Assembly: GCA_030145345.1 (NCBI GenBank)
Contig: JAQYVT010000003.1
Span: 2,318-66,317 of the forward strand
Source of the DNA: Desulfobacterales bacterium
Lineage (GTDB): Bacteria; Desulfobacterota; Desulfobacteria; Desulfobacterales; UBA11574
Reading direction: 5' to 3'
Length of the DNA: 64,000 nucleotides
The translations under genes were made by a program, and so were the position numbers. The notes beneath the pieces were generated by a model, which searched no databases, was not told the origin of the DNA, and saw only the letters and a list, made by a program, of their open reading frames with translations. This document shows positions 1-9,806 of this stretch, piece by piece (positions within the stretch are counted from its first letter, which is position 1; each line of letters starts with the position of its first letter).

Positions 1-1
1 C

Positions 2-958
2 CCGGCACAGGCCATGCGGTTCAAGATCGCCACCCTGTCGCCGGAAGGATCCATCTGGATGGAGAAAATGCGAGACGGTGCAGAAGAATTGGCCCGTAAA
101 ACCGATAACCGGGTTCGGATAAAATACTATCCCGGGGGGGTTATGGGCGACGACAAGGCGGTGATGCGCAAGATCCGTATCGGCCAGCTCCAAGGCGGTG
201 CCTTTGTCGGGGGAAGTTTATCCGATTATTATCGCGACAATCAGATTTACAGCCTGCCGCTGTTTTTCAGATCTTTCAAAGAGATCGATTATGCTCGTGA
301 ACACCTGGACAAACGAATTGTGGACGGGTTTGAGACCGGCGGATTTGTGACCTTTGGAATTGCCGAGGGCGGCTTTGCCTATGTCATGTCCACCGTACCC
401 ATACGAACCGTCGAGGAGATGCGCCAGCAGAAGGTCTGGATCCCGGACAACGATTCCATGATTCTGGAAACGGTCAAGGCCTTTGAAATCACGCCCATCC
501 CGTTGTCCATCGCCGATGTCCGGACCGGCCTGCAGACCGGCCTGATTAACACCGTAACCACCCCGCCCATAGGGGCTTTGGCGCTGCAATGGCACACCCA
601 GATTAAATACCTGTTGGACGAACCATTTCTGTATATTTTTGGCGTGCTGGCCGTGGATCGCAAGGCATTTTTAAAAATATCACCCGGCGATCAAAAGATC
701 TTCCGGGAAATCATGGGCCGTATATTTAAAGCGCTTGACCAACGTAACCGAGAAGACAATATCAAGGCGCTTGAAACCTTGCGCAAACAGGGGATAGAGT
801 TTGTCAAACCCTCCGCTGAAGCCCTGAAAAAATGGTGTCAAGACGCTTCGGAAGTGCCGAAGCGGCTGGTGGAAACCGACAGGTTGTCCCAGGAGATGGT
901 GGATACCCTGGAAGGTCTTCTCAAAGATTTTCGTACAAAGGAGTTAAACCCTAATTGA
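2..958 (+). CDS. dctP: TRAP transporter substrate-binding protein DctP (5' end outside window)
   Basis: KIATLSPEGS-W and GGVMGDDKAVMRKIRIGQL motifs; the frame is open to the window edge (PAQA before the Met at 14, i.e. the end of a signal peptide); followed by dctQ and dctM. Confidence 0.9.
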   Translation, partial: PAQAMRFKIATLSPEGSIWMEKMRDGAEELARKTDNRVRIKYYPGGVMGDDKAVMRKIRIGQLQGGAFVGGSLSDYYRDNQIYSLPLFFRSFKEIDYAREHLDKRIVDGFETGGFVTFGIAEGGFAYVMSTVPIRTVEEMRQQKVWIPDNDSMILETVKAFEITPIPLSIADVRTGLQTGLINTVTTPPIGALALQWHTQIKYLLDEPFLYIFGVLAVDRKAFLKISPGDQKIFREIMGRIFKALDQRNREDNIKALETLRKQGIEFVKPSAEALKKWCQDASEVPKRLVETDRLSQEMVDTLEGLLKDFRTKELNPN

Positions 959-1464
959 TCGAAAAACCCCGTAAATCTTTTGTCGAGCGCGCGCAGATGA
1001 TTCTTTGCCGGGTGGAAGATTCCATCCTGGTGGGGTTGTTGCTGTTGATGATCACCCTGGCGGTTCTTCAGATCTTTCTTCGCAATCTGTTCGATACCGG
1101 CCTTGTTTGGAGTGATGTTCTGGTGCGTATCCTTGTACTGTGGGTCGGACTTGTGGGCGCAATGGTGGCCAGCCGGCAGGGAAACCACATCAACATTGAC
1201 ATCATGGAACGTTTTCTGCCGGAACGCGCCAAAATTGTCGTCAATTTTGTCGTGCAACTGTTCACCGCTTTCATTTGTACGATCGTAGCCTATTACAGCC
1301 TTCAATTTGTGCAAATGGAGTTTGCCGACGGGGGCATGGCTTTTGCCAAGGTGCCGGTGTGGTTATGCGAGGCCATTATTCCCGTTGCCTTTGTGGTTAT
1401 CGCCATACGCTATGTTCTATTGTCAATTATAAACCTCAAAAGAATCGTTAAATTTCGATCGTGA
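955..1464 (+). CDS. dctQ: TRAP transporter small permease
   Basis: 169 aa with 4 hydrophobic segments and a GNHINID motif; lies between dctP and dctM. Confidence 0.9.
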   Translation: MIEKPRKSFVERAQMILCRVEDSILVGLLLLMITLAVLQIFLRNLFDTGLVWSDVLVRILVLWVGLVGAMVASRQGNHINIDIMERFLPERAKIVVNFVVQLFTAFICTIVAYYSLQFVQMEFADGGMAFAKVPVWLCEAIIPVAFVVIAIRYVLLSIINLKRIVKFRS

Positions 1465-2747
1465 TCCCATATATTTCCGCCCTGATATTGATTCTTTTAG
1501 CCATCTTGGGGACGCCGCTTTTTGTCGTCATTCTGGCGGTTGCCATGCTCGGGTTTCATTACCAGGGCGTTCATCTGTCCGTCATCGCCATTGAAATTTA
1601 TCGCATTGCCGACACCCCGGTTCTGCTGGCACTGCCCTTGTTTACATTTGCCGGCTACCTATTGGGGGAGAGCCGGACCTCCCAACGCCTGGTCAGGCTT
1701 ACCCGGGCCTTTCTTGGATGGATGCCCGGCGGTCTGGCCATCGTCGCCTTTGTTGCCTGCGCGTTTTTTACCGCCTTTACCGGTGCATCCGGTGTGACCA
1801 TTGTGGCGCTGGGCGCGTTGCTGTATCCGGCGTTGACAGAGGCCGGGTACAGAGACAAATTCAGCATCGGCCTGGTGACATCGTCGGGCAGTTTGGGGCT
1901 GCTGTTGCCGCCTTCACTCCCGCTGATTCTTTACGGGATTATCGCACAGCAGATGGACATCGGCGCGAATGTGGCCATCAGCGATCTGTTTCTCGCCGGG
2001 ATTCTCCCGGCCTTGCTGATGGTGCTGATGCTCTCGCTTTGGAGCCTGTGGGAAAACCGTCGCAACCCCACGCCTTTTAATTCCTTTTCAGCAAAAGAAG
2101 CCGCTGCTGCCCTGCGCGAGGCGATTTGGGAAATACCGCTGCCGGTGTTTGTTCTGGGGGGTATTTACGGCGGATTTTTTGCCATTTCCGAAGCTGCCGC
2201 AGTGACCGCAATGTATGTGATCGTTGTGGAGGTTTTTATATACAAAGAAATCAAGCTGTCACAGCTTCCGTCAATTATGCGGGAATCCATGGTGATGGTG
2301 GGGGGAATCCTTCTTATTCTGGGTGTGGCGCTGGCATCGACCAATTTTTTAATCGATGCCGAAGTGCCCATGCACCTGTTCAATCTGATTCAGGCCCATG
2401 TCACCAACAAAATTGTCTTTCTGATTTTGCTGAATATTTTATTGTTGATACTCGGCGCGATTCTGGACATCTTTTCTGCTCTGGTCATTATGATCCCCAT
2501 CATCCTGCCCGTGGCGGTCAATTACGGGATCGATCCGGTTCATCTGGGCATCATTTTTCTGGCCAACATGCAAATCGGCTACTTCACGCCGCCAGTGGGG
2601 ATGAACCTATTTATTGCCAGCTACCGCTTCAATAAATCCATCACAGAACTCTACCAGGCGGCCATACCGTTTATGATCGTGCTGCTGATAGCGGTACTGA
2701 TCATTACCTACTGGCCGGCGTTGAGCCTGGTTTTCCTTCAAAGATAA
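1461..2747 (+). CDS. dctM: TRAP transporter large permease
   Basis: 428 aa polytopic membrane protein with LALPLFTFAG, SGSLGLLLPPS and TPPVGMNLF motifs. Confidence 0.93.
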   Translation: MIPYISALILILLAILGTPLFVVILAVAMLGFHYQGVHLSVIAIEIYRIADTPVLLALPLFTFAGYLLGESRTSQRLVRLTRAFLGWMPGGLAIVAFVACAFFTAFTGASGVTIVALGALLYPALTEAGYRDKFSIGLVTSSGSLGLLLPPSLPLILYGIIAQQMDIGANVAISDLFLAGILPALLMVLMLSLWSLWENRRNPTPFNSFSAKEAAAALREAIWEIPLPVFVLGGIYGGFFAISEAAAVTAMYVIVVEVFIYKEIKLSQLPSIMRESMVMVGGILLILGVALASTNFLIDAEVPMHLFNLIQAHVTNKIVFLILLNILLLILGAILDIFSALVIMIPIILPVAVNYGIDPVHLGIIFLANMQIGYFTPPVGMNLFIASYRFNKSITELYQAAIPFMIVLLIAVLIITYWPALSLVFLQR

Positions 2748-3394
2748 ATTCTCTCGGATTTGGCTCGATCAGGGGTATGGTATCTGACCCCAAATAGAGG
2801 TCGATGACCGTCTATCTTGCTGAAGAAAGTCTTAACATGCTGTTTTATATCCGAATTTTATTCCAAAAATTAAGTCTTGTAATTAATAAAGATTTACTAT
2901 ATTTTTTATATTTACTATTTGAATATATTTTTCTTCAACATCTAACCCCAATGCGGAGGTTTTTCTATTGTAAAACCTCTCAAAGTGTGCGCGTTTTGCT
3001 CCAAACAGAACAAATAATATGCTGTTTGGAACAAGATCATCCCGAACAGTTTGAAATTGATCGGGAAAGTTTAAATTTGGTATCGACTAATAACATAGTT
3101 TGTTGTCGTCAAATTAGTTCAAAGCTTGAGATCCCCACTCTGTTCTTGTTATCGTGAGGCTTACCCCCAAAGACTGCTGGTTCTGTAACTGCCTCAAAAA
3201 TAAGCTCTGAAACACTCAACTCTATCAAACAATTCATCAAATTATTGTAATTCTTCGGGGACGCTTCGTGCGTTATTGGAAGTAAGTATATTCCAATAAA
3301 CAGCTACTGGAAAAACTTATATACTTTTTCGGTTTCGGGTTTTTCGAGTCGTGAGGGTACCTGACACCTCTATGCTAATCAAGAGGCCAGTTTG

Positions 3395-5662
3395 ATGTCG
3401 CGCTTGTCTAAAGCAATAATAGTTAGCTTGCTTATCGGTACTTTGGGAGTGATGGCAAGCCTCGTCCCTATGGGAATCGCTTTAGAAGAAAATATTGGCC
3501 TGGATGTATTGTTCAGACTGAGGGGCCCAAGAAAACCGCCTTCAGATGTCACTATCGTGTCTTTGGATAAAGCTTCTGCCGATAATTTCAAACTGCCTGT
3601 CGATCCCGATAAATGGCCCCGTTCTCTTCATGCCCGGCTTACTGAATCCCTGGTCGAACAAGGCGCCGCTGTAATTGTTTTTGACTTGATTTTCAAAGAT
3701 CCAGGCCCTGTAGAACACGACAATTTGTTCACCAAAGCAATGAACGATGCCGGTAATGTTGTTCTATGCGTGTGCCTTGAAAAAGACACGGTTCCTTTGA
3801 AAAATAAAGATGGGACGCATACGGGTGAATTAATTATCGAGAGACTGATACCACCGATTCCGCCTTTTGCAGAATCTGCTCTTGCCTTGGCACCGTTTCC
3901 CTTGCCCAAAGTGCCCGTCAAAGTCAGCCAGTATTGGACTTTCAAGACCGAGGCCGGGGACGCTCCGACGTTACCACTCACGGTATTCCAGATCTTTGCA
4001 CTTAAAGAATATGATGAATTTTTGCGTTTACTGGAAAAGGTTTCTCCGTCTAAAGCAGAGAAACTACTTTATGATCCGGATGCCATTGTTAAGAACAGAT
4101 GGGTTGAAGAGAGCATCCTGATTCTAAGAGATCTCTTTAAAGAAAATCCATGGATTGGAAAGAAAATGATCGAAGAGATTCAGAGCTCAAAGGTTCTGGA
4201 TGTGAAGAAGAAAAAGATCCTTAAATCACTTGTGAAAATATATCAAGGTCCCAAAAGTCGCTACCTTAATTTTTATGGTCCTTCCGGGACCATAGAAACG
4301 GTTTCCTACCATCAATTGCTGCAACACCATGAAAAATCAATTGTCAAGCAAGAGCCGCCGGATTTGAGAGGTAAAGCGGTGTTTGTTGGCCTTTCGGAGA
4401 ACTTTCGCTTCGAACAAAAAGACGGCTTTTATACCGTTTTTTCTCAATCAAGCGGAGTAGATATCAGCGGTGTTGAAATTGCGGCAAGTGCTTTTGCGAA
4501 CCTGGTAGAGGATAAGCCGGTTCAGCCGATGGTTTTTCCTGTACATCACGCCACAATTTTTTTCTGGGGAGTTTTGCTGGGCATCCTGTGTTTTCTTATC
4601 CCGCCCTTCATCGCCGCTTTCGGTGTCGTCAGCCTGAGCCTACTCTATGTGGGGGGTGCTCTCTTACAATTCAACCATTCCGGTATTTGGTGCCCGATTG
4701 TTATACCGCTATTTTTTCAGGTGCCTGTGGCCTACTTCGGCATTATTCTGTGGAAGTTTTTCGAAACGAGTAAGGAGCGTCAGAACATCAGAAGGGCTTT
4801 TGAATACTACCTGCCTGAAAAAGTAGTGGGCCGGTTAGCCAAGAACCTTGGCGATGTCAAAACAAATATTCAAACAGTCTATGGGACGTGTCTGTTTACG
4901 GATGCAGAACAATATACGTCCCTATCAGAAAATATGGATCCAAAAAAACTTACCATCTTTATGAATAAATACTATGAAGCTGTTTTCCAACCGGTCAGTA
5001 AATATGAAGGTTTCGTGTCGGACATCAAAGGCGATTCCATGTTGTCGATTTGGGCGACGGCAAACCCTGATGCTGATTTCAGAAAAAAAGCATGCCTCGC
5101 AGCCCTGGATATTTCCAGTGCAGTGAAAAAGTTCAAACAGGATTTTGATACGCTTCATCTTCATACTCGCATCGGTTTGCATTCCGGATACATATCCCTT
5201 GGCAGCGTAGGAGCTATCAATCATTATGAGTATCGCCCTGTGGGAGATATCGTCAATACTGCTTCAAGAATTGAGAAATTGAACAAGTATCTTGACACAC
5301 GGATCTTAGTATCTGAGGAAGTGCTTCATCAGATTGAAGGGTTTCTGACAAGAAAGCTTGGAGAATTTATTTTTGTCGGGAAATCCAAACCGGTTACGGT
5401 CCATGAATTAATATCTCGAGCCGAAGAATCCGTCGAGCAACAGAAAAATCTCTGTAGAATTTTTTCCGAAGGATTGAATGCCTATTATACACAATCCTGG
5501 GAAGAAGCAATCCAGGCGTTTTATGCGGCAACGAAAATAAATCGCCAAGATGGACCTTCGACTTTTTATTTGCATTTGTGTGAGAAGTACAAAGTGAATC
5601 CGCCTGGGGAGGTTTGGGATGGATGGGTTCGCCTCAAAAACAAGCTTGAGCTCGCTTTTTAA
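3395..5662 (+). CDS. CHASE2-domain class III nucleotide cyclase
   Basis: N-terminal TM; CHASE2 (WPRSLHARL, VFDLIF, SGVEIAASAFAN); 3 TMs; catalytic domain (FTDAEQYT, GDSML, RIGLHSG, GDIVNTASRIE); C-terminal TPR-like tail. Confidence 0.88.
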   Translation: MSRLSKAIIVSLLIGTLGVMASLVPMGIALEENIGLDVLFRLRGPRKPPSDVTIVSLDKASADNFKLPVDPDKWPRSLHARLTESLVEQGAAVIVFDLIFKDPGPVEHDNLFTKAMNDAGNVVLCVCLEKDTVPLKNKDGTHTGELIIERLIPPIPPFAESALALAPFPLPKVPVKVSQYWTFKTEAGDAPTLPLTVFQIFALKEYDEFLRLLEKVSPSKAEKLLYDPDAIVKNRWVEESILILRDLFKENPWIGKKMIEEIQSSKVLDVKKKKILKSLVKIYQGPKSRYLNFYGPSGTIETVSYHQLLQHHEKSIVKQEPPDLRGKAVFVGLSENFRFEQKDGFYTVFSQSSGVDISGVEIAASAFANLVEDKPVQPMVFPVHHATIFFWGVLLGILCFLIPPFIAAFGVVSLSLLYVGGALLQFNHSGIWCPIVIPLFFQVPVAYFGIILWKFFETSKERQNIRRAFEYYLPEKVVGRLAKNLGDVKTNIQTVYGTCLFTDAEQYTSLSENMDPKKLTIFMNKYYEAVFQPVSKYEGFVSDIKGDSMLSIWATANPDADFRKKACLAALDISSAVKKFKQDFDTLHLHTRIGLHSGYISLGSVGAINHYEYRPVGDIVNTASRIEKLNKYLDTRILVSEEVLHQIEGFLTRKLGEFIFVGKSKPVTVHELISRAEESVEQQKNLCRIFSEGLNAYYTQSWEEAIQAFYAATKINRQDGPSTFYLHLCEKYKVNPPGEVWDGWVRLKNKLELAF

Positions 5663-5702
5663 TCATTACAGCTAATTACATTTGCAGAAAAAGGGGGGCG
5701 CC

Positions 5703-8700
5703 ATGATACCCATTAGAACCCGCATCTTAATTTCGGCATTATTTGTTGCTATATTAACAGCGTGTCTATCTTCCAGTACCTGGGCAGCAGAGCCATGTGA
5801 GGAATGGTTGGGCAAGATCGTATCGGTGCAGGGCAGCGTTCAGACTCGAAGAATCGGAGAAACCCTCTGGAAGCCTGTTCATCTGAACGATACCTATTGT
5901 GCCGGAGACATGATTCGGGTTCAGGAAAATAGTCGGGCGGCCGTTGTTCTCTACAATGGCGCCACCCTCCGCCTCGATCAGAAAAGCGCGATCACCTTCA
6001 CGGGTGTGGAGAAAAAGCAGACCCTTTTACTCAGGCTGATCGAGGGCGCTGCCCATTTCTTCAGCCGTATTCCCCGAAGCTTAAAATTGGCTACACCTTA
6101 TGTAAACGGCGGCGTTGAAGGTACGGAATTTTATGTCAGGGTCGAGGGAAAACAAACTTTCCTGTCGGTATTTGAAGGAAAGGTGTTGGCAACGAATGAG
6201 TTCGGAAGCCTTGCGATTGCCAGTGGTCAATCGGCGGTGGCCGAGGAAGGGAAAGCACCGAAATCGAGTGTTGTGGTACATCCCAGAGATGCGGTCCGAT
6301 GGGCATTGTACTATCCGCCCGTAATATATGCGCCATCTGAAATGGTTCCGGTTAAAAAAGATACCCGGGATCCGCGCTTTTTGGTATATCGCGCTTCATC
6401 GCTGCTTTCTTTAGGTCGTGTTGACGAGGCAAAAACAGATATCGATCAGGCGTTGAAACTGGATCCGAAGTACAGCGATGCCATTGCGCTTCAGTCCATT
6501 ATTGCTGTTGTGCAGAACCAGAAAGAGAAAGCGCTCGATCTTGCTCGGAAGGCCGTTAAGCTTGACCCAAAATCTGCTTCAGCACGGATCGCGCTTTCAT
6601 ACGCACAGCAGGCAAGTTTCGACCTTCAAGGCGCACGAACAAACCTTGAAGCGGCAGTGAAACTGGAACCTGAGAATGCTCTGGCGTGGGCGCGTCTGGC
6701 AGAGCTGTGGTCATCGTTCGGCGATCTGGACAAATCCCTTGAAGCGGCACAGAAAGCGGTAGACTTGAATCCAGATCTGTCAAGGATTCAGACGGTTTTG
6801 GGATTTGCCTATCTGGCGCAGATTGAAACCAAAGAATCTAAAAAAGCTTTTGAAAAAGCCATCGAACTGGATCAGGCGGATTCCCTTCCGAGACTGGGTC
6901 TGGGTCTGGCAAAAATTCGGGAGGGCGACTTGAAAGACGGCGGAAGGGAGATCGAGATTGCCGCGAGTCTGGACCCCAACAACTCGCTCATCCGTAGCTA
7001 TCTGGGCAAGGTTTACTATGAAGAGAAACGTGCAAAGCTTGACGGACGAGAATATGCGGTTGCCAAGGAACTCGATCCGCAGGATCCCACACCCTGGTTC
7101 TACGATGCAATCCGAAAACAGACGATTAACCGGCCGGTCGAGGCCTTGCAGGACCTTCAGAAGGCCATTGAGCTCAACGACAACCGTGCTGTTTACCGTT
7201 CCAGGCTGTTGCTCGATTCGGACCTGGCTGCTCGAAGCTCAAGCCTTGCCAGGATCTATAATAACCTGGGTTTCCAGCAACTGGGTCTGGTGGAAGGCTG
7301 GAAATCGGTCAATACCGATCCGGGCAATTTTTCCGCTCACCGCTTCTTGGCCGACTCTTATGCCGCTCTGCCCAGGCATGAGATCGCCAGGGTGAGTGAA
7401 CTTCTCCAGAGCCAGCTCCTCCAACCGATTAACATTACGCCAATCCAGCCGCAACTGGCCGAAAGCAATCTTAAAATATTGGAAGGTGCCGGGCCGTCGG
7501 CTCTGTCCTTTAACGAGTTTAACCCGATTTTTCAACGAAACCAAGTTGCCCTGCAAGGGAGTGTTGTTGTCGGTGGAAATAGTACTCAGGGCAATGACCT
7601 CGTTTTTTCGGGAGTGTATGGCAGGACATCTTTCAGCATCGGCCAGTTTCATGGTGAAACCGACGGATTTCGGGAAAACAACGATCAGAAACAAAACATT
7701 TACAACGTGTTCGGCCAGGCAAGCCTGTCACAAAAGACAAGCATCCAGGTGGAATATCGAAATACAGACAAAGAGACAGGTGACCTCACGCTTCTTTTTG
7801 ACCCGGATGATTTTTGGAACACTCTGAGAAAAGATCGGGACACCGAGTCCTTTCGATTTGGCTTCCGTCACGCCGTTTCTCCAAATTCCGATTTCATTGC
7901 ATCTTTCATATACCAGGATGCCGATTCTAACGATCAAAGAATGGTTCCTGTTGCGCCACCTGTCGAAATCTCTGCGCACTATGAAACAAAAATAGACGGC
8001 TATACCACTGAAGCCCAATATCAGCTCCGCCAAGATCGATTCAACATTATCACGGGCGCCGGATATTTCGACGCGGACCGAGAAGATATATGGACAGATT
8101 ATTTGATTATTCCAGGCACTTCGCCTATGCTAATACCACCCGATCCTCCTGAACTAACCGATATTCAGCACGCCAATTTTTATTTGTATTCCCAGATAAA
8201 ATTTCCAGAAAAATTCATCTGGACCCTCGGAGGAAGTGCGGATTTATTCGATGGAGGGCTTTATGATTTGGACACTGACCAGTTCAACCCAAAATTCGGG
8301 CTGACCTGGAATCCTTTTCAAAATACCACATTACGAGCTGCGGCCTTCAGAGTTTTTAAAAGGACGCTGATATCAAACCAGACCATCGAGCCCACCCAGG
8401 TGGCCGGCTTCAATCAGTTCTTTGATGACTCGAATGGGACGAATTCCTGGCGATACGGAATCGCTGTTGATCAAAAGTTCACCACAACCCTGTATGGGGG
8501 TGTGGAAATATCTCAACGCGATCTTGAGGTTCCCTGGCGCTACAAATTAGGCACAATCTCGGAGACCCGGGAGGCCGATTGGGAGCAAAAGCTGGGCCGA
8601 GCCTATTTTTACTGGACCCCACACCGGTGGCTGTCTCTAAGTGCAGAGTATCAATACGAACGATTTGAGAGGGATATCGAGGCAATAGGTATAGAGCAAT

Positions 8701-9023
8701 TTACCAATCTCAAAACCCACAAACTTCCTTTGGGGATCAACTTTTACCATCCGTCCGGATTATCTGCAGGGGTTAAGGCGGCTTATGTGTATCAATCGGG
8801 TGTATTTGTAGATCCAAGTACGAAAAATTCCACAGAAGATAGTGATCAATTCTGGTTGGTAGATGCATCCCTAAGTTATCGCCTGCCTGCCCGCTTTGGT
8901 ATTCTAAGCTTTGAATGCAAAAACCTATTTGACGAGGGATTCAAATTTCAGGATACGGATCCAGCGAATCCGTCAGTCTATCCGGAGCGCTTGGTTTCGG
9001 TCCGGTTGACGTTGTCATTCTAA
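5703..9023 (+). CDS. Outer-membrane receptor: FecR-like domain + TPR repeats + TonB-dependent-receptor-like beta-barrel
   Basis: Signal peptide; FecR-like segment (GDMIRV...GVEGTEFYV); about 8 TPR-like repeats; barrel ending in C-terminal Phe (VRLTLSF). Confidence 0.85.
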   Translation: MIPIRTRILISALFVAILTACLSSSTWAAEPCEEWLGKIVSVQGSVQTRRIGETLWKPVHLNDTYCAGDMIRVQENSRAAVVLYNGATLRLDQKSAITFTGVEKKQTLLLRLIEGAAHFFSRIPRSLKLATPYVNGGVEGTEFYVRVEGKQTFLSVFEGKVLATNEFGSLAIASGQSAVAEEGKAPKSSVVVHPRDAVRWALYYPPVIYAPSEMVPVKKDTRDPRFLVYRASSLLSLGRVDEAKTDIDQALKLDPKYSDAIALQSIIAVVQNQKEKALDLARKAVKLDPKSASARIALSYAQQASFDLQGARTNLEAAVKLEPENALAWARLAELWSSFGDLDKSLEAAQKAVDLNPDLSRIQTVLGFAYLAQIETKESKKAFEKAIELDQADSLPRLGLGLAKIREGDLKDGGREIEIAASLDPNNSLIRSYLGKVYYEEKRAKLDGREYAVAKELDPQDPTPWFYDAIRKQTINRPVEALQDLQKAIELNDNRAVYRSRLLLDSDLAARSSSLARIYNNLGFQQLGLVEGWKSVNTDPGNFSAHRFLADSYAALPRHEIARVSELLQSQLLQPINITPIQPQLAESNLKILEGAGPSALSFNEFNPIFQRNQVALQGSVVVGGNSTQGNDLVFSGVYGRTSFSIGQFHGETDGFRENNDQKQNIYNVFGQASLSQKTSIQVEYRNTDKETGDLTLLFDPDDFWNTLRKDRDTESFRFGFRHAVSPNSDFIASFIYQDADSNDQRMVPVAPPVEISAHYETKIDGYTTEAQYQLRQDRFNIITGAGYFDADREDIWTDYLIIPGTSPMLIPPDPPELTDIQHANFYLYSQIKFPEKFIWTLGGSADLFDGGLYDLDTDQFNPKFGLTWNPFQNTTLRAAAFRVFKRTLISNQTIEPTQVAGFNQFFDDSNGTNSWRYGIAVDQKFTTTLYGGVEISQRDLEVPWRYKLGTISETREADWEQKLGRAYFYWTPHRWLSLSAEYQYERFERDIEAIGIEQFTNLKTHKLPLGINFYHPSGLSAGVKAAYVYQSGVFVDPSTKNSTEDSDQFWLVDASLSYRLPARFGILSFECKNLFDEGFKFQDTDPANPSVYPERLVSVRLTLSF

Positions 9024-9182
9024 TTTGTGTTTTACGACTAATCATAACCTTTAAAAAAAGAGAGAGGGGTGATAGAAGAATAGGGATTAAAAGGCGGCTA
9101 TATCCATTCAGTCATTACTTGAAAGGTTCGCCGAGAGAAGCAAAAATCAGATGTAAACCCATCAGAAAAAAGGAGACTAACG

Positions 9183-9512
9183 ATGAAAAAAGTAGCTTTA
9201 ATAATCGCTTTAGCATTAGTTTTCCTGGTTGGTATAACAACCGTCTTGAAGCATAAAATTTCGGCACAACCACCAGCAAAATCAACCGATATAGCATTAT
9301 GGATACCTATTGATGCAAAAGGCAATGTTGTTTTTGATAGAGTAAACAACAATTGTAATGCGTCGGGTAGCGGTCCTGTGACTGAATATCCGGATCTAAA
9401 AAATTATAAGAAAATCCACTTTAGTACTACCATCACCGTGACAAAGGCAGAGAAAAATCCTTATTGCTACTGGGTTTACCAAGGAGGGAGTCTGGTAGAA
9501 AGGTGTTTTTAG
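9183..9512 (+). CDS. Small secreted hypothetical protein
   Basis: AGGAG RBS, signal-peptide-like N-terminus, 109 aa, C-terminal Cys pair. Confidence 0.65.
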   Translation: MKKVALIIALALVFLVGITTVLKHKISAQPPAKSTDIALWIPIDAKGNVVFDRVNNNCNASGSGPVTEYPDLKNYKKIHFSTTITVTKAEKNPYCYWVYQGGSLVERCF

Positions 9513-9806
9513 TAATGAAAATAGGTTGCCCTCTTCAGTAAATTAAGGTGGAAAAAGGGTGATCGTGAAATATGGACAATGCGTCCTAAAACACAAATGT
9601 TTAGCGATTTCTAACTTCCATATTTTTAAATTTTAAACGCCTGTCAGTAAAGCATCAGGGGTTATGTCTCTTTTGACGATTTCAGGGTTCAAGGGAGAGG
9701 TAGCCCCATTTTTTTAGCCTTAAAATATAGGAAACAAAGCTGGCAAAACATTTTATGTCGTCCCTCTTTGCAAGGGGAACTCACATGCGGATCGTTGGAA
9801 TGAATC

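Noticed and set aside
2804-3157. 117-aa ORF in an AT-rich spacer
   Set aside because: No RBS or recognisable motif; the composition looks non-coding.
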